A stretch of 64,000 nt of DNA from Bacteroidales bacterium. Its GTDB lineage: Bacteria; Bacteroidota; Bacteroidia; Bacteroidales; JAQXIO01. The position numbers and the translations under genes were made by a program. Shown in pieces: positions 37,900 through 45,939 of the stretch. Below the pieces are notes generated by a model. It was not told where the DNA came from. It worked only from the letters and a program-made list of their open reading frames with translations, and did no database searches. Each line of letters begins with the position of its first letter. The first letter of the stretch is position 1. The DNA lies in assembly GCA_029007825.1 (NCBI GenBank), contig JAQXIO010000067.1, forward strand, positions 3,147-67,146, given 5' to 3'.

Positions 37900-40347
37900 C
37901 TATATAAACAAATTCACGTTCGCTTTGTCGGCACGCTCCATATAAGTCGCTACGCCACCCACCGTTACCTCGTCGAGCAGCTCCTCACGCTTTACCCCCA
38001 TCACATCCATAGACATCTGGCACGCGATAAACTCAACGCCCTGTCCGAGCGCCTGGCTGCGGAGCGTCTCGAGCGATTCGATACCCTTTCGTTTCATAAT
38101 ATACCGCATCATACGGTCGCCGATACCGAACATACTCATCTTCGAAAGCGACAGGCGCAGCGAATCCGACGGCAGCATCATTGAAAACATCCTGCCGAAC
38201 AAATCCTTTTTCACCTTGGGCTTCTCCGTTTTCTTGATGACATTCAACCCCCAGAAGGTAAAGAAAATCGAAACCTTCCGGCCCGTAGCCGCCGCACCGT
38301 TGGCAAGCACGAAAGTCGCCAACGCCTTATCCAGGTCATCGCTGAACAGAATCAGCGTCTTTCCCTTTTCGTCGCACGAAGTCGCCACGCTGCACTTTTC
38401 CGGCGCACCCTTTTCGATCACCACCGTATAGCGCCCTTTATCTTCCATATTCGAGATAAGCTTATGCCCCGTCGTATTGCACCACGCCCCGGCATCGCGC
38501 GAAAAACCGGCATCCGTTGCCACCACTTCCGCACGTTCACCCTCCTTTATCGCATCGATAGCCTGTTTCACCCGCAGGATAGGTCCCGGGCATTGCATAC
38601 CGCAGGCATCGATCTTAACCGTTTTCACCGGACTCTCCGCTACAGAATCGCTCACACGATCCCTCTTCTCATTCGATACCGGCGAAACCGGATTTACGAT
38701 AGGAGCCGTAGCCGCCGAATAAGTACGGTAACCGCCCGAAAGATTCTTCACGTCGGCAAAACCCCGCGCCATCAGGATTCTCTGTGCGAGGTAACCCCGT
38801 ACGCCCACCGAACAGTAAACATAAACTTCCCTGTCCGACGGAATCTCCGGAAGGCGTCCGCGCACCTCGTCCAGCGGAATATTCACCGCACCGGCAATCG
38901 CCCCGAAAGCAAACTCCTCCTTCGTGCGCACATCCAGCACGAACACCCCTCTTTCCACGGCACCCGCCATATCCCGCCACGTAACGGCAGGCATAGCGCC
39001 GCTAATAATATTTCCGGCCACATAACCGGCAATCGCGATAGGATCTTTCGCCGATGAGAAAGGCGGCGCATAAGCCTGCTCGAGTCGCGCAAGGTCATAA
39101 ACCGTACCACCCAGCTTGATAACCAACGCAGCCTGGTCGATACGCTTATCCACGCCATCGTACCCCACACCCTGAGCACCGTACAATTTCCCGTTCTCCG
39201 GGTCGAAAGTCAGTTTCAGGCTCAAAGGCAGTGCACTAGGATAATAGCCCGCATGCGACAAAGCATGCGTCGCCGCGCTACGGTACGCTATATCCATCTG
39301 CTTCAGCCGTTTTGCCGGAAGCCCCGTCGAAGCCACCGTCATATCGAACACCTTTGCGACCGAAGTTCCGATAGCCCCCTCATATTTCGTGATATTTCCG
39401 AAAACCATATTATCCGCTACGATACGCCCCTGACGATTAGCAGGATTGGCAAGATAGTTAAGCCACGGCTTTCCCGTAAGCGGATGCGGATATTCGATAG
39501 CATCACCCACCGCATACACATCCTTCGCCGAAGTCTCCAGAAACTCGTTCACCCGTATTCCGCCCGTCTCGCCCGTTTCGATACCGGCAGCCTTTGCAAG
39601 CGTTGTCTCCGGACGCACGCCGATAGACAAGATAACCAGATCGGCATTTATACTCTCCCCGTTATCGAAAAAGACCTTCAAACCATCGTCCCCACGTTCG
39701 AAACGCTTCACACTCCGGCCGAGAAACAACCGCACCCCCTTCTGCAGAAGATGCTGGTGAATAAGCGACGCCATGGAGAAATCGAGCGGAGCCATCACCT
39801 GGTTACCCATCTCCACGACAGAAACCTCGGCACCCGCATGATACAGGTTCTCCGCCATCTCCAAACCGATAAATCCGGCGCCTACCACAACGGCCTTCCC
39901 GATTTTATGCCTCTCCATATAGCTCTTGATACGATCGGTATCCTCCACATTGCGGAGCGTGAAAATCCCTTCCGAACCGATCCCCTCCAAAGGCGGCTTC
40001 ACCGGAACGGCACCCGGCGAAAGCAACAGCCGGTCGTAACTCTCGATATAAGAACTTCCGTCCGAACGCCGCACCGTAACGGTTTTCGCAGCGGTATCGA
40101 TAGCCGTAACCTCGTTCTCCACACGCACGTCCACATTCAGACGCCGTCCGAACGAAGCGGGCGTCTGCACGAACAACTTCTCCCGGTCGGTAATCGTCCC
40201 CCCGATATAATAGGGCAACCCGCAATTCGCATACGAGATATACTTTCCCTTCTCCATCAAAACGATCTCGGCAAACTCATCCGCCCTACGGATTCTTGCC
40301 GCCGCCGTAGCACCTCCGGCTACACCTCCGATAATAACATGTTTCAT
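37900..40347 (-). CDS. four-domain CoA-disulfide/persulfide reductase - rhodanese - TusA-like - DsrE-like fusion protein
   Basis: 815 aa. FAD GxGxxG (GGVAGGATAA). CoADR-type redox Cys (SYANCGLPYY). NAD site (VVVGAGFIGLE). Rhodanese loop (VYCSVGVRG). TusA CPxP motif (CGMQCPGP). C-terminal DsrE/F-like domain. Confidence 0.9.
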   Translation of the reverse strand: MKHVIIGGVAGGATAAARIRRADEFAEIVLMEKGKYISYANCGLPYYIGGTITDREKLFVQTPASFGRRLNVDVRVENEVTAIDTAAKTVTVRRSDGSSYIESYDRLLLSPGAVPVKPPLEGIGSEGIFTLRNVEDTDRIKSYMERHKIGKAVVVGAGFIGLEMAENLYHAGAEVSVVEMGNQVMAPLDFSMASLIHQHLLQKGVRLFLGRSVKRFERGDDGLKVFFDNGESINADLVILSIGVRPETTLAKAAGIETGETGGIRVNEFLETSAKDVYAVGDAIEYPHPLTGKPWLNYLANPANRQGRIVADNMVFGNITKYEGAIGTSVAKVFDMTVASTGLPAKRLKQMDIAYRSAATHALSHAGYYPSALPLSLKLTFDPENGKLYGAQGVGYDGVDKRIDQAALVIKLGGTVYDLARLEQAYAPPFSSAKDPIAIAGYVAGNIISGAMPAVTWRDMAGAVERGVFVLDVRTKEEFAFGAIAGAVNIPLDEVRGRLPEIPSDREVYVYCSVGVRGYLAQRILMARGFADVKNLSGGYRTYSAATAPIVNPVSPVSNEKRDRVSDSVAESPVKTVKIDACGMQCPGPILRVKQAIDAIKEGERAEVVATDAGFSRDAGAWCNTTGHKLISNMEDKGRYTVVIEKGAPEKCSVATSCDEKGKTLILFSDDLDKALATFVLANGAAATGRKVSIFFTFWGLNVIKKTEKPKVKKDLFGRMFSMMLPSDSLRLSLSKMSMFGIGDRMMRYIMKRKGIESLETLRSQALGQGVEFIACQMSMDVMGVKREELLDEVTVGGVATYMERADKANVNLFI

Positions 40348-40400
40348 CTTCTGACTGATCTATATTTTTATTAATTAAATTCTAAAAGAAAATAATTCTA

Positions 40401-40466
40401 TTGGAAATAATAATGCAAAGATACTATTATTTTCCAATAAAACAAATTTCCAATGGAAAATAAATA
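40401..40466. promoter_or_regulatory. cluster of TGGAAA(A)TAA half-sites in inverted orientation (candidate operator) upstream of persulfide reductase operon
   Basis: ttggaaataata (40401-40412) faces tattattttccaa (40425-40437). A further palindrome tttcca-a-tggaaa lies at about 40447-40459, followed by ataaa. All sit 54-120 nt upstream of ATG 40347. Confidence 0.5.
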
Positions 40467-40821
40467 CATCGATTGAAAAATAACATTCCGGCACTCCGCC
40501 GCACCCCTCCACCCAAAAAGTTTTTCCTTATAAAAACAAAAAAACAGGCACAGTTTTCTTACTGCCGCAACCGCCTTATCCCCCCCCGATCCTGCTTATC
40601 TGCGCATCAGTTGCACACCGTTTCTGCCGTCTGCATATCCGGCTAAGAAACAAGCCGTTAAAAACGGCCTTGTATTTTCCGCAAATCCGTTTTTCCTATT
40701 TGCGGAATATGTCATTCCCAAATCCCGGGTACTATTGTAGGTGTAAAAATTATTGAATATCTTAGCGCCCTCAACAGAACAATTCCCTATTGGATTTGTT
40801 TCACTATAAATCTTTAAAACT

Positions 40822-41202
40822 ATGTCAGAGAAAACAAGATATTCAGACGCCGAATTGGAAGAATTCCGCGCCATTATAGTGGAAAAACTGGAGAAAGCGA
40901 AAACCGATTATGAGATTTTAAAAGGCACTCTGATGAATACCGATGGCAACGACGTATCAGACACCTCCCCCACTTTCAAAGTGTTGGAAGAAGGCGCCGC
41001 CACCCTCTCGAAAGAGGAAGCCGGACGGTTGGCGCAACGCCAGATGAAATTCATCCAGAACCTGCAGGCAGCACTGGTGCGCATCGAAAACAAGACCTAC
41101 GGGGTTTGCCGCGAAACAGGCAAGCTGATACCAAAGGAACGCCTTCGCGCCGTACCACATGCAACCCTCAGCATCGAAGCAAAATCGGCAAAAAAGAGAT
41201 AA
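40822..41202 (+). CDS. DksA/TraR-family protein (Cys-poor zinc-finger variant)
   Basis: 126 aa. Coiled-coil region, then YGVCRETGKLIPKERLRAVPHATLSIEAK. Only one of the four canonical Cys is present. Confidence 0.8.
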   Translation: MSEKTRYSDAELEEFRAIIVEKLEKAKTDYEILKGTLMNTDGNDVSDTSPTFKVLEEGAATLSKEEAGRLAQRQMKFIQNLQAALVRIENKTYGVCRETGKLIPKERLRAVPHATLSIEAKSAKKR

Positions 41203-41243
41203 GGCGGAAGCTGCGGCTCTCCGTCCTGCAGGACATTCCGGAT

Positions 41244-41290
41244 CAAGGCTCGGAGGCCGGAAAAGCCTTTGAGCCTTGTCGTGGATTTTA
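41244..41290 (+). terminator. candidate terminator/attenuator hairpin between dksA-like gene and lspA
   Basis: Stem caaggctc (41244-41251) pairs with gagccttg (41271-41278), with inner aggc/gcct pairing, followed by tcgtggattttattt. Confidence 0.4.
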
Positions 41291-41315
41291 TTTACACTAA
41301 AACAGGCATTAAAAG

Positions 41316-41969
41316 GTGAAACAGGACAGCGTAAAAAAACTCATTAAAGCGCTCTTACTAATTTTCGTAATACTGCTGATCGACCAGGCTTCTAAAATCT
41401 GGATCAAGACACACATGCAGCTATACGAAAGCATCGAGATAACCAAGTGGTTCTACATATACTTTACCGAAAACAACGGCATGGCATTCGGCATGGAGAT
41501 ATTCGGAAAACTCTTCCTCTCCCTCTTCCGCATCGTAGCCATCGGCTTTATAGGCTATTACCTCTTTACGCTGATACGTAAAAACTACTCTTTCGGTTAC
41601 ATCGCCACCATAGCACTGATTTTCGCCGGAGCACTGGGCAACATCATAGACAGTATCTTTTACGGCGTAATCTTCAACCACAGTTTCGGACAGGTAGCCA
41701 CCCTCTTCCCGTCCGAAGGAGGATACGAAACGTTCCTCTACGGAAAAGTGGTCGACATGCTCTACTTCCCCCTTTTCAGCACCGTCCTGCCCGAATGGCT
41801 GCCCTTCTGGGGAGGAGAAGAATTCCTCTTCTTCCGTCCCATATTCAACATTGCCGACTCCTCCATTACGATAGGCGTCTTTATCCTCATACTCTTTTAC
41901 AGGAAAACGCTTTCCGCCAGTCTGAACAACGACGCCAAAACGGAAAAGCAAAGCAAGGCGACCACCTGA
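41316..41969 (+). CDS. lspA: lipoprotein signal peptidase II
   Basis: GTG start in track. Conserved ENNGMAFG and PIFNIADSSI (catalytic Asp motifs). Four TM segments. Confidence 0.9.
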   Translation: MKQDSVKKLIKALLLIFVILLIDQASKIWIKTHMQLYESIEITKWFYIYFTENNGMAFGMEIFGKLFLSLFRIVAIGFIGYYLFTLIRKNYSFGYIATIALIFAGALGNIIDSIFYGVIFNHSFGQVATLFPSEGGYETFLYGKVVDMLYFPLFSTVLPEWLPFWGGEEFLFFRPIFNIADSSITIGVFILILFYRKTLSASLNNDAKTEKQSKATT

Positions 41970-42010
41970 AACCATACGGATAAACAGCAGGAAACAAACA
42001 CCCCCGATAT

Positions 42011-42772
42011 ATGTACCGCATCTTCTTACTCCTTACGCTTACGCTTGCACTCCTGACAACAACAGGCTGCAAGAAAGACTCCGTGCTCAGCGAACGGAAA
42101 ACGGAAGAATTGCTGTACGATATGCACCTCGCCGATGCCATTATGGAAAGAGAATTTCAGAAAGGCAGTCTCTCCGACAGCATACGCAACAGTATGTACG
42201 CCTCGGTATTCGAAAAACACGGCGTAACGAAGGCACAGTTCGACACAACAATTTCGTGGTACGGACGCAACCTCGACAAATACATCGGAATATACAAACG
42301 CCTCTCCGCCCGCTTCGCAGAAGAAAGCAACACCTACCAGAAACTGGCGGAACAGCAAACCGGTGAAACCATACAAAACGATACGACCACCATTCTGGAC
42401 GGTGAAAAAAGAGTAATATTCTCCAATTTCGATTTCCCCCTCATCCGGAAATTTAAAATGCCCCTGTCTCCCGATACGACGGCAGACAAACAATATCAGC
42501 TTAAATTCTCCACCTTCGGCATCAACCCGAAAATGAAGTACTTCCCGCGCGTACAGCTCTCCCTGCACTACGCCGACACCACCGACACGAAAAGCCTTAC
42601 ATTGCAGAACGACAGCACATACACACTCGACATTCCAGTATTGAAACAGCATACGCCCACCGGAATATCCGGCTTCTTTTTCGTGCGCCCCTACAGCAAC
42701 TACTTCTACCGCGTGATATTCGACGACATATCGCTCACCGATACCATCGCCGCACAGCAACCCGACCGATGA
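42011..42772 (+). CDS. DUF4296-like lipoprotein
   Basis: Lipobox TTGC. N-terminal KTEELLYDMHLADAI motif. Position directly after lspA, as commonly seen in Bacteroidota. Confidence 0.7.
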   Translation: MYRIFLLLTLTLALLTTTGCKKDSVLSERKTEELLYDMHLADAIMEREFQKGSLSDSIRNSMYASVFEKHGVTKAQFDTTISWYGRNLDKYIGIYKRLSARFAEESNTYQKLAEQQTGETIQNDTTTILDGEKRVIFSNFDFPLIRKFKMPLSPDTTADKQYQLKFSTFGINPKMKYFPRVQLSLHYADTTDTKSLTLQNDSTYTLDIPVLKQHTPTGISGFFFVRPYSNYFYRVIFDDISLTDTIAAQQPDR

Positions 42773-43158
42773 AACGCTTCGCCGCACACCGCATCTGCTT
42801 TTCTCCCGGAGCCTGCTTCGACATCTACTGGATCGGACTTGACGACGACGGCTCCCTCCTCCAACTGGAGCCCCTCGAAAACGAAATAGCCGCAACCGTT
42901 TTCCTCAACGGCTTGATCCTGATGGTTCCCGCAGGGCAATACGCAAGCCCGGAAGAAGCCGAAGAGCAATTCAACCGCTACATAACACGACACCCCCGCC
43001 GGAAACTCACGGAATTTCTGGAAGAAACAGGATTGACCGCCCCACCCCGCATCGGTGGGCACTACTATCCCCTACACCTTGAAAACTTCGATTTCCCTGC
43101 GTCGGAACTCCGCGCAGACAACAGCCGTGGCGACCGCCACGTTAAGCGACTTATCTGA
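42769..43158 (+). CDS. hypothetical protein; last 22 codons lie inside the left 65-bp direct repeat
   Basis: 129-aa ORF with ATGA start/stop overlap with the upstream gene. No motif. Its 3-prime end (FDFPASELRADNSRGDRHVKRL) is encoded by the repeat copy at 43087-43151. Confidence 0.5.
   Translation: MKRFAAHRICFSPGACFDIYWIGLDDDGSLLQLEPLENEIAATVFLNGLILMVPAGQYASPEEAEEQFNRYITRHPRRKLTEFLEETGLTAPPRIGGHYYPLHLENFDFPASELRADNSRGDRHVKRLI
43087..43151 (+). repeat. 65-bp direct repeat, left copy (att-like)
   Basis: ttcgatttccctgcgtcggaactccgcgcagacaacagccgtggcgaccgccacgttaagcgact is identical base for base to 53931-53995. It contains the internal palindrome cgtggcg-ac-cgccacg (43126-43141). Confidence 0.95.
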
Positions 43159-43531
43159 CAACATCCATTCCGGAAACCTGCAAAAACCGCCTCTGCCTTT
43201 CGTTTTCGGGAACACCCATTTCCGCTTAATCGCAAAAAATTCCGTACAAACAAAATCTTATAAATATACCCGTTCCAGGTACCAGCGCCGGAATTTAGCC
43301 CGGTATTTGGAAAAAAGATAAGACTCATCCGGAGCATAAAACAGTTGTCCACTCACCCTTCTCCGCAATCGGTACCCCATTCGCATTTTGCAAAATGGCA
43401 AGAAAAGAAAAACCAGCCACTGCGCCGGAACAGATTCGAAAAATATAGGAGAAACTCGGCAATGAAATACCTTCATTTTTCGGTGTAAGTTTATAAATCC
43501 TACTCACTATCTTTTTTATACGATAGAGATA

Positions 43532-45928
43532 CTATCGTGATCTCTCTTCTTCGTTTCCTATCTGTGCCTTTTTTACATTAACCTCTTTTCCTGCACGAAA
43601 ATTCCAACGGGCAGATATTCCAAAAGCACGTCCGGCAATCGATTGATGAGAAATTACAGTTCGGGTGCTTATCCCCGGCTGTTCCATTTCGGCTCTCATA
43701 GTCCATTTACCATTATCAAATATATTATTAACAACAGCCGATACGGTCAATCTATTTTGCAAGAAACTTTTTCGAAGACCCATATCGAACGAGTTATAAG
43801 CCTTTGTTTTCATATTTCCTTCAAGTCCTCCTGACATATAAGAAAAATTAGCTTCTAAACTCCAATTTTTCATGAAAGTAAATATATTATTAATACGGCC
43901 TTGAAATATGCTTTTATTATATTCATAATCATTTACCACGTTTCTTGCATAGGCATATGTCGCATCAACTCCTAATCGCCACCATTTAAAGGGATTAAAC
44001 GGCATATTGAGAGAAGTATAATATTGTTGGGACTTGCCGATATTTTGACTTTGATAAAGAGTAACCTCCGGATTGTCAATGTCTTGCATCATGACTTGAG
44101 CTACCATTCCTTTACCATCAAAAAATCCTAATGTCAATGAATATTTCTGTCTCAAAATACCCGTCACATTGTAATGATTATAATAAGATGGTTGAAGGTC
44201 GGGATTTCCCACTATATAACTGTAACTGCTGATTTGCTGTCGATAAGGATTAAGATTGCTAAAACTAGGACGATCGATGCCTTGACTAAAACTTGCATTG
44301 ATCATATTTCCTTTTTCTTTATTTAAAATATATTGAAGACTGATAAAACCAAAGAAATCTGTGTAATGAAGTTTTTTAACATCTTCCGGATGAGAATATG
44401 AATAAGGATTAACCAAAGTATTTTCCACTCTTAAACCAGCATTCAAATTAATCTTTCCTAAAGAAGCAGATCCATTAATGTAGGCTCCTAAAACACCTTC
44501 TTTGTATATATAATTATCGTCGAGATCAGGATCAGGAATCATATTGCCATCTTCTAATTTCGAATTGATTAATTCTGTGTTCATATTCGTATATGTATAT
44601 TTTATTCCCGTTTCCGCTCGAAATTTCGAATTAAAGATATGATTATAATCCGCCTTAATAGTATACAGATCAGTTTGTCCGTTCCAATCCATCGTATTCC
44701 CCTTTTCAATCGACTGCAACAGATCAAGTTTCTCAAATGAATAACTATCCGAATACCTATTGTTCCGATCATATAGATAATCAGCAATTACTTTTAAATT
44801 AGACCCCTTTTCATCTATGGTAATATTATAATTTAATGATGCCATATATCTATGATTTTTAATATCCGAATCATAAGTACTGGTTAAATCGGAGATCTCA
44901 TCTGAAACTTTTGTGTATCCCGAAGATGGGCTTTGAGTAGCATTATTATTAATTGAATAATCAAAATTTACGCCAATATTCTGTTTATCGGTAATTTCAT
45001 AAACGCTACCCAAACGCCCTGAATAAGATTTTACTTTTGCAGAACCCTTACTTATATTATGAATTTCTCTTTTATTTCCCGTAAGATAATGGGTTAACTC
45101 CTCCACAGTGGACTTAATCTTTTTATCGTCATAATTAAAGTTTGAATAGAAACTAAGTTTATTGATTCGATAATCAAGATTCACACTCGGACGGAGCAAG
45201 GAAGGGAAAATATTTTTTTGCATATTCATATTCATGCCAACAGAACCTGTAAGCCCGGCATTAACCGAACGTTTCAACTTGATCTTAATTACTCCGCCCA
45301 TTGCATTAGCATCATATTGTGCTCCTGCTGTCGGTATAATTTCAATTGAACTTACTTGTTCTGCATCTATGCTTTCCAAATATACCATCAATTCTTCATG
45401 AGACATTTTCAACTCCCGATCGTTTACATAAATCTGCGATACGTTATTGCCGTTAATAGAAAGTCCTTTTCCCCTTGCATACCAGACTCCCGGCGCTAAG
45501 CCCAACAGTTCTAAAGAAGTTCTGCCGATAGCAATGGGCTTTCCTGCAGTAATAAATGTATAGCTATCAGCGGTACGTCGGATCATATCGGCTGTTATCA
45601 TGACATCATTGAGTTGGTTTACAGATTCTTTTAAAATCAAATCACCGATATTTATTTTTCCTTCTACTTTGATTGGCTTTATTAGTGTCTCGTAACCTAA
45701 AAATGCAACCCGTAAAATATAATTATTTTTAGCAATATTTGCTATCTCGAATTTTCCGTCATTATCAGCAACAGTTCCTGAAACTGTAAGGGAATCAGTA
45801 TCTAACAGACTAACTGTAGCAAATGCTAAAGGATTATTCTGTTGATCTTTTATAGTTCCGTTAATGGATTCTCCTAAAACAGGGAAAGATAAGTAAACTA
45901 AAACGAAAATTAATGTGTGTTTTTTCAT
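43532..45928 (-). CDS. outer-membrane beta-barrel protein with CarboxypepD_reg-like and plug domains (TonB-dependent-receptor-like)
   Basis: 798 aa. Signal peptide. INGTIKDQQNNPLAFATVSLLD...DGKFEI (CarbopepD_reg). Plug-like segment (LELLGLAPGV...GGVIKIKLKR). Alternating beta-strand pattern to the C-terminus. Starts 11 nt after the upstream gene. Confidence 0.85.
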   Translation of the reverse strand: MKKHTLIFVLVYLSFPVLGESINGTIKDQQNNPLAFATVSLLDTDSLTVSGTVADNDGKFEIANIAKNNYILRVAFLGYETLIKPIKVEGKINIGDLILKESVNQLNDVMITADMIRRTADSYTFITAGKPIAIGRTSLELLGLAPGVWYARGKGLSINGNNVSQIYVNDRELKMSHEELMVYLESIDAEQVSSIEIIPTAGAQYDANAMGGVIKIKLKRSVNAGLTGSVGMNMNMQKNIFPSLLRPSVNLDYRINKLSFYSNFNYDDKKIKSTVEELTHYLTGNKREIHNISKGSAKVKSYSGRLGSVYEITDKQNIGVNFDYSINNNATQSPSSGYTKVSDEISDLTSTYDSDIKNHRYMASLNYNITIDEKGSNLKVIADYLYDRNNRYSDSYSFEKLDLLQSIEKGNTMDWNGQTDLYTIKADYNHIFNSKFRAETGIKYTYTNMNTELINSKLEDGNMIPDPDLDDNYIYKEGVLGAYINGSASLGKINLNAGLRVENTLVNPYSYSHPEDVKKLHYTDFFGFISLQYILNKEKGNMINASFSQGIDRPSFSNLNPYRQQISSYSYIVGNPDLQPSYYNHYNVTGILRQKYSLTLGFFDGKGMVAQVMMQDIDNPEVTLYQSQNIGKSQQYYTSLNMPFNPFKWWRLGVDATYAYARNVVNDYEYNKSIFQGRINNIFTFMKNWSLEANFSYMSGGLEGNMKTKAYNSFDMGLRKSFLQNRLTVSAVVNNIFDNGKWTMRAEMEQPGISTRTVISHQSIAGRAFGISARWNFRAGKEVNVKKAQIGNEEERSR

Positions 45929-45939
45929 ATCTTAAAAAA

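Noticed and set aside
39253-40374. 373-aa plus-strand ORF opposite the persulfide reductase
   Set aside because: It is an Arg/His-rich antisense frame, while the minus-strand protein carries four recognisable catalytic motifs.
42026-42895. 289-aa minus-strand ORF overlapping the DUF4296 gene
   Set aside because: It is antisense to a lipoprotein gene that has a proper lipobox and is conserved downstream of lspA. Its composition is Gly/Arg/Val-rich.
43152-43531. Integrase/excisionase remnant at island ends (also 53381-53930)
   Set aside because: Both end regions lack ORFs of meaningful length, and I could not recognise tyrosine- or serine-recombinase motifs in any frame by eye. A sensitive tBLASTn is still needed to exclude a decayed pseudogene.
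43521-43537. Short hairpin cgatag-agata-ctatcg at the end of the OM barrel gene as operon terminator
   Set aside because: The stem is only 6 bp and overlaps the stop codon. The adjacent T-run is on the wrong side for a minus-strand terminator.
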